NCBI RefSeq assembly: GCF_036321535.1
Contig: NC_087437.1
Coordinates: 66,032,001 to 66,096,000, forward strand
Origin: Camelus dromedarius
Taxonomy: Eukaryota
Reading direction: 5' to 3'
DNA length: 64,000 nt
The notes below the pieces were generated by a model, which saw only the letters and a list, made by a program, of their open reading frames with translations, made no database searches and was not told the DNA's origin. Of the stretch, positions 52,901 through 64,000 are shown in pieces; within the stretch, counting starts at the first letter, position 1; each line of letters starts with the position of its first letter. The position numbers were made by a program, and so were the translations under genes.

Positions 52901-55249
52901 TAAATTAGGCTTGATGTGAATCATGAGGATGTGGATTAGATTCTTCCCATCAAAATATGAGGTTATTCTTCAACAAGTAGATATAGTAACTGTTTGGCTA
53001 GTATGTGGACAAACTTGTTTTTGTTTTTATAATGTTAAAAAAATAGGTGTAATTCATATTTTGACCTGTTTCTTTTTTTTTTTTTTTTTTGAATTCTTAC
53101 CTTTTATTCCCCTTAACTAGCTCAGCCATTAATTGAGGACAAGTTTAATAACTTATCACCCAATGGGTAATAGACTTTATTTAAGAAAACAAAAGCTTCA
53201 GGGTTGTTTGGCATCCAGGATGCTAAACATTTGGAGAGTAGGTTTGAGCACAAGTGAGTTTCATTGCTACTATTCCCCACAATCTTTTCTTCTCAAGTAA
53301 TGCCTGCCTTTTTCTTTTCATGACCCCTCTCTCACTGTCTGCCTGATATGGTTTTAGAAATTAAAGATACAAGAATTGTGATAGAAATAAAAGCTAAATG
53401 TTAATGTCCTAGAATGTTTTGAAGCTAGTGTAATATCTTACACTAGGTTGATATCTTACAAAAGAGGTGACTCAGCTAAATGATAAGTAGAATGCAGTAG
53501 AGTTTAATAAAAACTCTTTCCCCATTTAGAATCACATACTGAGTTTTTCTCTGGCTCTCAGCTTCTTCCTGCTGACTTCTTTCTTTCATTGCCTAGTTTG
53601 GGGCAAGTACCGAGAGATGATTCCTCCATTTGTGCTTCTACTTTTGAGTATATAATGTATTTTAAAAACCTGTGGTGAGTATTTGAAAATCACTTAATAC
53701 GGGGATACTACCTCAAGAAAACAACTTACTTTAATTACAGTGTATAGTTCTTATGTTTGTTTCTCTTATTTGCTGTTTTCTGCCTCTTTGTGTACAAACC
53801 TGTTTCTTTTTAAATTCCATCTCTCTTCAACCAACCATAGTATAGGACTCATGTGTATTTTTGTTACATTTAATGTCATTTTTATTTGGGTGGAGAAGCA
53901 AAACATTTCCTACTTATACCTGTGGTTAAAGTTGATTGGCACTGAGGGAACCTAGTGTATTTTTTCAGGGTGTCATTGGCCCTTGCTAGAGGAAAGGCAT
54001 CCACTTCAGCATGCCTAAGGATTGGAGAGGTGAGATACTCTTCAGGGAAATAAAATCTGAAGGTGGTCTGTTAACCCTAAACAAAAAAGAAATGAAAAAT
54101 TCTTCAATAAATTTTTCTGAATGATTTTCCTGCTTTTCGTATTTGTCAGACACCGAAAGAATTGAGTTGTTCCAAGCTTGATTAACAGAGGTGCAGTTTT
54201 CACATACATAAGAACTTTTAAACACTAGTTTTAAACACTATAGCTTTAAACTCAACAGTAATTTCCTCTCTTCTTATAGAAAAGCATGTTTGGAAATGGT
54301 AGTGTTCTAGAAATCCCCGCAAATCACTGAAAGGCTTTGAGTCCAAGAACTTTGGAAATTATTTGAGTTTGTGAGAAATTAGCCTTAAAATGTAAATTTA
54401 ATATGCTGATTGTGTACTCTATTGATGATACCTAACAGTTGCAAAAGAGATTTATATGATTTTGAAATCATGGGCTTGGTTATATTTTAGAACATTGGAT
54501 CTTTCTCTGCCAAAGTCACAGTAATTACTAAGGTTTGGCTTCTTTTCTGTCTGTGTACCTTCTCACACATTCCAAAACATTAGAGAAGACATTGGGTAGT
54601 AACTGACCGGTTTATTGACTAGTTTCTCTTAGTTCTTGACTTAAACAAATAGGACAATGTCTATATTTGCTCTCAGACTCACTCTTCCCTTTGCTTACTT
54701 TATCTTCTTTTCTCCCTCACTGGACTAAATTGCAAGTTGTTATTTAACAATTGAATCCTTTATAAGAGGACTTCCAAATTTGCTAAATTTTTTCCCCCAA
54801 TGGTCTCACTAAAATAGTTGTTTTTCCAGGATAGTTTCTGTGTTTGGACTCCAAATATTCTACTCTACTCTGTTCCCATTCTAGGAGCTCTCATCATTGA
54901 AAAACAAATTTCTAAGTAACTGAGCAGTAACATACCATAAGATCCAAAAATCTGCCTAGAAACATTTTGCACCAGTGCTTAAATACATGTATAGGGGAAT
55001 TCAGTTTTGTATCAGACCATTGATTTTTTATACAAAGAAATCCTTAAAAGAAAAAAAATACCCAATTGGGATTAAAGTTTTCTGCTTACTTTTACTAAGC
55101 ATTATAAACCTAAAGAGAGAAATGCGATTTTGAAAAGATGTACACAATAAGAAATAGAAAAAAAGTGTCATTAATGTATTTTTTAAATGACAAAGCTTCA
55201 GATTAAAATTGGCTTTTTGAATCACCACACATCAAGGAAGGCTGAGATT

Positions 55250-58010
55250 GTGAAATTCAGATAAGAAGTTCAACAAATGGAAGAAATTGTACCTGAGAAA
55301 ATACATATAAGGCAATCTGTTAAGGACTTTAAAGTAAGTATGTTTCCCAACTTCAGAGAGGGAAAAGAAGGAACTTCAGCAGTGAAACAAGAATAAGAAG
55401 TTTTACATCTGACATCTGTGAAAAACCCTAATCGGAATTTCTAGAAATAAAAATATACAATTCTGAATTCAATAGGCTGAGTGATAGATTGAAGTCAGCT
55501 GATGAGTGAATTAGTAAGCTAGATCTTACTGAGGTATTCTCCTGGAATGCAGCACAAAAAGATAAAGAAATGGAAAGTATGAAAGAAATGTTAAGAGACA
55601 TGGAAACTAGATCCTAAAGTTCAAACTGCTGGGAATTCTAGGAGAATAGAGAGAACATAGGAAAGGCAATTCTGGAAGTAATCGTAGCTAAGTTGCCCAC
55701 AATTAAAGAAAGAGTGCACTCCAAACTGATATCTTAACACATCATCATAAAACTTTAGAACCATAAGGATTAAAAAAAAAGGATCCTAGAAAGTCCTGAT
55801 AAGAAAAAAAAAAAGCAGATTACCTACAAAGGGATAACAGTAATATGGGCTATAAAAAGTTAACAGAACAGTGTCTTCCTAGTGCTAAGGAAAAGTAACT
55901 GTCAACCTAGAATTTTATGCTCAGCCAAGCTATTATTTCTAATGTGAGGGGGGAAGATATAAAAACATCAGAGATAAAGGACTCAAAAATTAACAACTGT
56001 GAGTCCTTACTGAAAGAAATTCTGAAGGATGAGCTCTAAGAAAAATGAATTTGTAAAGAAATTGCAAGTGCCAAAAACAGTGATGAACAAAGAAATTTGT
56101 AAAATATATTGATGAATCTGAATAATTATTGATTGGGAAAAAATAAATTTAAATTTATTTTCAAATCAAGGCGGAACTAATTCTAGATGATGATATGAAG
56201 ATGACAGAAGGGAGCATGGATGTGTGTTTGGGAGTGAGGGAGAGCAAAGGAAACTGAAGGGGTAACTTCAAGCAAAATAGAAATAGCATATACAGTTCAA
56301 AACAACAGCAGGAGAGGGGGGCAAAAGGAAACTTGGTGAACACAACAAGAGGCAGAAATGAAGAGAAAAAGATGTTGAGATACACCATGATAATAGAAAA
56401 CACAAGTGTAAACATATCAACAATCAAGTTGTACACTGTTTCTAAGAGTTACACTTAAAATAGAAACACCCCAATATGTTAAAAGGTAAGGGATAAAAGA
56501 AGATGTACCAGGCAAGTCTCTTATCATTTCACATCTGGGCTGACTGCATTAGGCGCCAGTCTGGCCTTTCTGACCCCACCTCTCCCATCGCACTGCCTCT
56601 CCCTGCCACTCCCCCAGTCAGTTTTCCATACGATAACCAAAGTGATCCTTCCAAAGTGTAAGTCAAATTACACAACCAGCCTTCGTTAAGAACCCTTCCT
56701 ACCTAGGATAAAATTCAAAATCCTTGCTGAGGCCTGAAGGGTCTTCTGTGATCTGGCCTTCCCGGGCTACCTATGACCTCTCCGACCACCACTCTCCCAC
56801 CTCTGTCACCCTGATGTACCCACGCTGGCTGTGTTGCTCTTTCTCAGCACACCCAGCGTTTCCCACCTCAATGATTGTACTTACTCCATCATTTGATTCA
56901 GATCTATGTTCAAGTGTCATCTCCTAAGAGAAACCTTTTCTGACCACCGTATTTACAATATCACTTCCATTACCATCTGATTATTACCTTCCTTTTTCTT
57001 TATAGCACTTAAAGCTATCTGCCATGATATATATACGTTCTTTGGTTTACTGTCTGTCTCTTTCACTAAATGAAAGCCTCTTAAGGTCAAGAACTTACTT
57101 ACACGCTGTGTTCCCTAGAATGCTGGCTGGCACGTGGTAGGTGCCTAGTGCCACTAGACACTTTATAGGATATATGATAATGTTATTCCATTAAAGAAGA
57201 GGAAGCTGGGGCACAGTGAGATTAGGTAGCTGGCCCAACTTCTCCACACTGGTAGGTAGTGGAGCTAGGATTAAATGAAATCAATACTAACAAGAATAAA
57301 ACCAGTAGGCAGTATTCGTAATCAGAGGAAACAGATTTTAAGGCAAAATGGATTAGAAGGAAGAAAGAGGAATGCTTCATGTGATTTAAGGAACAATGCA
57401 ACATGAAGTTTTAATAGTCATGAACTTGAATGTATCTTCAGTATAGCTTCCGTATTTTGAGAGGAAAGAGCAAAAATTGACAGAACTATAAAGGGAAGAA
57501 GGAACACCATGGTTCTGGTGGGAGACTAACCACCAGAGTAAAAGGGCAAAATAAGACAGACTATAAAAAATTTGAATTGCACAGTTAACAAGCTCAGTCC
57601 TAGTAGCTGTACATTGTTTTCCACATAAAAATGTGAACAAAAATAGACCATGCTCTAGGCCACAGAGGAACAAAGTTATGTAGATCATGTATTTAACAAC
57701 AACAAAGCTCTCAACAAATTAATAAGAGAAAGCCATATAATCCACAGGAAAAATGGGTAAAGGATAGGAATAAGAAATTCTCCGAAGATGTACAAATGGC
57801 CCAAAACATAAAAAGATGCTAAACTTCACTGACAATTAGGGAAGATTAAAATAACAGAATGATACCATTTTTACACCAGCAAGTAGTACAAAGTAGGAAA
57901 AAAAGTTAAAGCAGGTGATAATGGTAAGTGTTGGCAGGGTTGTAGAGTCAGGAGTGCTCTTAAATGCTGATTATAGATTGTAATTAGCTATAACTTTGCA
58001 GGGTAATTTG
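55250..58010 (+). mobile_element. Highly decayed L1 (ORF1/ORF2 remnants) with L2/MIR pieces at ~56520-57270
   Basis: ORF1-like cagattacctacaaagg and caacctagaattttat; ORF2-like aaaatgggtaaagga and aaaagatgct. Confidence 0.6.
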
Positions 58011-58513
58011 ACTTTTTCTTTTAACATTACACCATACACCTTAAAATCTGACACTTCTCAGGCCCTTCCCTTGGAACTCTTGATTTAGTGGATCTGGATG
58101 GAGCCTGGATTTTGTAGGTTTAAAAGTATCCCAGGTAATTCTTTTTTTTTTTTCCAGGTAATTCTTAATGGTGAAGGAAGTGTAGGTAATAATTTAGCAG
58201 GCTGTTTTTCCCTACATTTAAAGGTGTCTTAAAAGAATGAGAGTATCTACTGAGTTAGCAGATTTAACAGGAAGACAAAGGTAAAATAGTAATGGAAAAG
58301 GTCTGTGTGTATACATTTTATTTGTATTTATATAGTAAGAACTGATTCTGCCACCCCCCTGCAGAAATCTTGGAGAGAGCCTTCCTATAGTCATCACCAC
58401 AAGGAGTTAGCAGTACATTTTGGTACAGTATATACTATGTCTAAAATGTTGTCAACTTATTGGAAAACAGGATTATTATCTGGAACTTTAATTTCATGAT
58501 AGTGGTCAGTTTT

Positions 58514-58706
58514 TGTTTTGGCTTTTTTTAAAAAAATAAAAGTAGATTTATTCAGGGAGGTGTACACTCCATAGACAAAGTGTAGGCCATCTCAGAAGGC
58601 AAGAGAAAGGCCATAAGGCATGAGGAGCGGGGGTTGGTTAAAGTAGAAGTAGGTCACACTCCGTAGAAAGAGTACCGGCTGTCTCAGAAGGCAGAGAGCA
58701 AGCTAC
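58514..58706 (-). mobile_element. Retroposed poly(A)-tailed LTR-like fragment with TSD
   Basis: TSD tgatagtg(g/c)tc(a/g)gtttt at 58497-58513 and 58707-58723; T-rich head; AATAAA on the - strand at 58547-58552; internal two-unit repeat. Confidence 0.7.
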
Positions 58707-59396
58707 TGATAGTGCTCGGTTTTGCATAATTTATCTAGTTAGCCTCTGAAGACTGCATTTGCTATACTAAGGGCAAAGAAGAAGTAGACTTCAGCCATGG
58801 TTTTCCAGTCTTCAAAAAAAAAGGCTAGTGATTTTCCCGTTGCCCACCAGCATGGAATTCAGGGTTCCTGAATCTGGCCTTTCTCCAGCTGTATCTCTGG
58901 GTTTCTCAACATGAATTCTCCTCTTACATGTTAAAAGATGTACCCATTATCCCATAAAAGCCCTCTCTTCCAACCTGAAGTGTTCTCTTTCCTCCTACCT
59001 TAAAAGGGCCAAATTCAGGGTCCTGCTGAAGTCACAGCACTTTGAGGAAGCCTTTCAATCAGAGCTACTTTGTCCTTTTTTTATTTCTCTACTTTCTAAA
59101 CTCCTGTATCATTTACGGGTTGTCCTGCTTATTTTGGTATTTTAATCACATTATGCTTATCTGGGGGCTTGTTCTGCATGTAATTATAATGTTGTCTACC
59201 ATTGATGTGTCTTGTCTGCTTACCTATAATATAAGCTCCCTGAAGATTACATTATTTCTCCAGAAACTGTATAGAACATAGAAATCCTAAGTAAAACATC
59301 TGCATGAATAAACAATATGTGTTCATTATAATAAGACAACAGGGTACTTGTCCAACTTCTATTTATTTTTTTGTTTTTGTTCATTCATTTTTGCAG

Positions 59397-59525
59397 TTTA
59401 GAGTGTTTGTATCTTGGAGGAAACTTCATCAAAGAAATTCCACCAGAATTAGGAAATGTGTCTTCTCTAAATTATTTGGTATTATGTGATAATAAAATCC
59501 AAAGTGTGCCTCCTCAGCTTTCACA
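59397..59525 (+). CDS. LRRC58: LRRC58 exon 2
   Basis: ttgcag|T TTA GAG..., LECLYLGGNFIKEIPPELGNVSSLNYLVLCDNKIQSVPPQLS, CA|gtgagt; 129 nt. Confidence 0.96.
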
Positions 59526-60178
59526 GTGAGTATTTTCAGGCAGTATATGTATACACAGAGATCCATACTTAGGAATTATTGTCCTGCATTCATCCACATG
59601 ATTTATATGTGAAAACGAATTAAGTGTTCTCAAAGTAAATGATACGTGAGAATTAAAATTCTGACGTTCGCTATGGACTGGGTTGCTTATTTAAAATTTT
59701 ACTTTTAAAGGCTCTGATACTCTAAAAATGTGGATTGAGCCTTTTTTCTATAATCAAAAATAGAGTATTACTTTGGCATAGATTTCCCCAGGTTTTATGA
59801 TTTTATATTTGATGCAAAGCATTCCTATCCTAGATAGGATAATGTGAAGGATTTTAATTCCTGTTACATTTGAAATCTTTCCTTTTTTAGGTATCTGAAT
59901 GATAAAACACGTGTAGGAAAAAAAACCCTTTCAATCTAGCATATATATCAGCACATCAGAATATTCTCTAAATATTTTAAGCTCTCTAGGATTCCATGGA
60001 CAAAAGTCCTTCATGGCAATACAAATCTGGGCTCTGATTTAGTTTCGGCACTTTTTAATTTTGTTTCCATTGACCTTAATCTTAATTGCTGTTCTTATGG
60101 GGAAATTGAGTTTTTCACTTAACTTGCTCAGCAGTTGTCTTGCTTTCTGCTGTTGACTTTGTACTCTGTTCATTCTAG

Positions 60179-60456
60179 GTTACATTCACTTCGTTCCCTC
60201 AGTCTTCACAATAACTTGCTGACATACCTGCCTCGAGAGATCCTCAACCTTATTCATTTGGAAGAATTGAGTTTACGAGGAAATCCATTGGTTGTTCGTT
60301 TCGTTAGAGATTTAACCTATGACCCTCCAACTCTCCTGGAGTTAGCTGCACGGACCATTAAAATTCGAAATATTTCCTACACTCCCTATGATCTTCCTGG
60401 GAATCTTCTTAGGTACTTGAGTTCAGCCAGCAATTGCCCAAACCCAAAGTGCGGAG
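60179..60456 (+). CDS. LRRC58: LRRC58 exon 3
   Basis: ttctag|G TTA CAT..., LHSLRSLSLHNNLL...PPTLLELAARTI...NCPNPKCG, GGAG|gtaagt; 278 nt. Confidence 0.96.
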
Positions 60457-63241
60457 GTAAGTTAATTCAGTGTCTTTGTTTCCTATTCATTTAGCTACTT
60501 TTAAATTGATGATCTGTGTCGTTTTAATTAGCTATCTTTCAGAGAAAGGCAGTTTGCTTCTGTTTCCCTTATCCTTTTTACCCTTTTATCAGAAAGTAAG
60601 ACATTTTACCCTCTCTTGGTTCCTTCCTTTCTTCCTCCCTCCTTCCCTACCTTCCTTCGTTCCTTCCTTTCATGGTACTTTAGGATTCATACACAAGGAA
60701 AATACCCAGAAATACCAGAAAGTCTCCTCCTGTCTTGTAATTGTCATAGGATAGGTTAAGTTGGTAACGTGAGAGAAAACACAAGAAGAAGCATAAACAG
60801 TCCTGATTCCCTTAAAAAAAGTCTCTAAAATGCTTGGCCACCTTTCATATTTAGTTTAAGGACATTTTCTTAGACTCACCACTCTGAGTATCAGGTACCT
60901 TTGGAGAGTACGATTTAGGATGTATGAGAACAGGCTGAATGTGTGCCAGTTTCAGAATGTGCCCTGGAATTTATATTCTTTTAAATTCATGGTTCAAAAT
61001 TTCTTGAGTTTAGAGCATTTGGAGAAAATTAAGTGATATAATGTGATACAGAATAAAGTAGGAATCCAAAACCCTATTGGAAATCAGAGGAGGGAGAAAG
61101 TACATTTAATTAGATCTGGAAAAGATGAGAGAATTCTTGACATGTGAGTTGAATTTTGATAGGGTAAGATTGAGGATAGGAAACTTTTCAGATGGAGAGT
61201 AAAATTGGAGGCAAAACAGTGTGGGACAGAATGTTGGAAGAGTAATGATTTGGCTCAAATGTACAGTGAGGGAAGTAATGAGAGACAAGTAAAAGATACA
61301 TTGAGGCCACTTTACGAAGGGCCTAAAGTGCCAGGGTGTGTGGTGGTGGGTTGGTAAATGATAGTAGGTCACTTTATTTTGGCTCCCTCATAAAAGACTA
61401 CTTTTTGAAAAATCCAAGTAACAGGAGTACAGAAAGGTTTTTACTGTTGTAGGATAAACGTAGGTGCTGAGGAAATGCTGCATAATAATCAACAGAGCCA
61501 GCTGAGGTTTTCCCTGTATGTCCCATCATGCCTTGAAAACTGCTATAAAAGAGGCGATTTAAGTTTCTCAAAGAGTATTAAAAGATAAAAAAGACACTGG
61601 TGATTTAAAAAAGAAAAAATGACACTATTCTGGGCCATTTCTGGCCACTTACTCTTAGAAGTAGAGGCTGCTGTGCTGTGCCACATAAGACGTGCTTAAG
61701 ATTTTCTCTGTGATTGTCCTTTCTGAAGTTGTCGTTAATAGTGGTGAGACAACACTCACACCAGGCCTTCAAGTAGTCCATATCTAATCTCTGCTTTGAA
61801 CCTATCTTTTCTAGAAATGGACCTCTACAAAAATTCTGTTTTCTCTCTTTAATGGTTTCTTAATGACTTCTTTCGTATACTGATACGTTATTTATCTTAG
61901 GAACAAAAATACTTAAAATTATGAGCTTAAAATTTGAGATATCTGAAATAAACCATTGCCATTTTCCCCCTCAGACTCCTTAGTTATTGAACTCAAAGTT
62001 AAACAACAGTAATTTTATGTTTTGTGAGATATTTTGTCTTTGTATAGTCTATGTTACAAATGACAAGATAGTATTGTACTATTTTAGCTCATGGTAACTC
62101 TATAATGTTTCATTTATTACTTCCGTTTTCAGGAAACTAATACATTTTCAGGGATTGTCAGTATTGATTAACTAGTGTTATTGAATTTGTCTACTTTCCT
62201 GAATTGCTCAAAATAATACACCATGAATTTTCCTTTTTAAACTATGAGTTATACTAGCTTACTACAGGATCAGAAAATTACACAGTTAATGGAGAAGTAA
62301 CAGGAAAAAAATAAATAGGAATCATTGTTTCTCCTTTACTTGGATCACATCTTTTTATTTTGGTCCCTTATCTGATATACACAGAGTAGCTTGTGCCAGA
62401 GGCACCTTAGGTAGAGTGAAGAGGTTGAGATTCCTCTCCAGAGAGGTGATGGGACCCCACTGCTGTGACAGCCTTCGTGGGTTAGAAATGTGCCGTATCT
62501 AGCAGTAGGAGCAGCTTGAAGCCCACAACACAGCAACCTCTGCTTTCCTCTCATCTCTAGCTGTATTTTTACTTGATTGAAGGACCACTGTTCAGGAGCA
62601 TTAAATTAGGAATCAGAAGAGATGAATACTAGTTTCAGTCTACCTAGCAATATATATATTGCATAAAAGCCAAGTGGGATCATTAGTGAAACAGCTTTGA
62701 AGCTGTAGATTTAGAGCCTGTGGAAATGTAAGTTGGCATTTTGTTACTTTTACTTTTTCCTTCTCAGTATATAAGATCAGGGGTATCAAAAGTCATCTCC
62801 TTTCTGCAACTTTTGGGTATGACAACTAATTCTTTATGATCATTATTGAAGGAGTTTTGCTTTTTGTTTGTTTGTTTCTTGACTGTAGGATAGAACCAAG
62901 GGTGAACCAAGGGATGGAGAAAGGGCACTTTAGGCATCCTGTAATCTCCATCAGCCACTGTTCACCAAGTCACCCAGAGAAAACCAGCTAAGTCAACAGT
63001 GTCCTTTTAACGCTAGCTCCCTGTAAGATCAATCTCCTTGCTTTCTCTTTGCAGTCAAATTGCCATTCTTAAGATCTTCCAGTGTTTCTATAAACAGCTA
63101 TGGAAGCAACTACTACTTCTGCTTAAGATTCTCAAAAGATTCTTGAAAGACATTTCTTCAGAATGCTGGAGGAAGGGTTGAAAAGAAATCTGTGGCTCTT
63201 TGCTTTGTAATTACTTTGTACCCATTCCTTCTTCTCTCCAG

Positions 63242-63450
63242 GAGTCTACTTTGATTGCTGCGTCAGACAAATTAAATTTGTGGACTTCTGTGGGAAGTAC
63301 CGCCTCCCCCTGATGCACTACTTGTGTTCGCCAGAGTGCTCTTCCCCTTGCAGTTCTGCCTCTCACAGCTCCACCTCCCAGAGCGAGTCTGACTCAGAAG
63401 ATGAAGCTAGTGTGGCTGCACACAGAATGCAGAAAGTTCTTCTTGGTTGA
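63242..63450 (+). CDS. LRRC58: LRRC58 last exon, coding part
   Basis: ctccag|GA GTC TAC..., VYFDCCVRQIKFVDFCGKYRLPLMHYLCSPEC...AHRMQKVLLG then TGA; the four exons sum to 1116 nt (371 aa plus stop). Confidence 0.96.
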
Positions 63451-64000
63451 AAAGGGTGCAGGGTGGTATGAAACTCTAGAAGACTGAGAAAGGTAGTTAT
63501 AAAAGACAATAGACTTTGAGGGTTGCTAAAAGCCTTATCATCATTTGAATGTCCACGACAAGAGTGGGAAGTGGTGTAAAAGATTTTGTTTCTAGCCATT
63601 CAGCAGGAGTGAGTCCAGTTCCATGTTTTGGATTCTTTGAATGTAATTCACTCTGAATGGCAGTTTCAAATTTGGCTAACTGTTTGCAATTTTCACTCAG
63701 ATTTTGCATGAATCATATCACAGAATGGAACGTTCTGAAGAGCAGTGCTATAATAAACCATGAGTGGTATAACTTGTGGCAGTTGAGATGAAGAAAGAAA
63801 TGATCAATGCTGTAATTTTTACCAGAGTTGTCCTTGAGTTTAAGTTGAACACTATACCATAACAGGATTAGTTGCCCTTTTTTGTGTTACCCATATGTCT
63901 AGATTAGAGTTATTCAGATAAGCTCACAGATGGTTACATAGGACCTAAACCTTTCTCACCTGACTGGTAAAATAAGGTATGTAACTTTTATATGGGGTTT

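Noticed and set aside
1..64000. Prokaryotic-type features (CRISPR arrays, operons, rRNA genes)
   Set aside because: None seen; the window is intron- and repeat-rich mammalian DNA

Overview
This is mammalian genomic DNA, most likely camelid, judged from its tRNA-derived Vic-1-like SINEs and lineage-type L1 3' ends. The + strand carries the 3' part of FSTL1: nine coding exons from 118 to 15317 and a 3'UTR to about 18.0 kb. That UTR contains the sequence orthologous to primate miR-198. The + strand also carries the complete LRRC58 CDS (four exons, 49356-63450, 371 aa) behind a CpG island. Between the two genes, on the - strand, is a disrupted B7/butyrophilin-like Ig-superfamily gene (BTNL12-like). 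Its IgV exon (35096-35499) and IgC exon (33857-34139) both carry frameshifts, the IgC has lost a cysteine, and the IgV has an unusually long acidic/aromatic loop. There are also three local templated duplications: a 163-nt inverted copy inside a SINE, a 125-nt inverted repeat around FSTL1 exons 8-9, and a ~95-nt direct copy. A retroposed poly(A)-tailed LTR-like fragment and a solo poly(A) insertion are present as well. Exon numbering follows human, and gene and repeat names come from recall, not database searches. Boundaries of old repeats are approximate.
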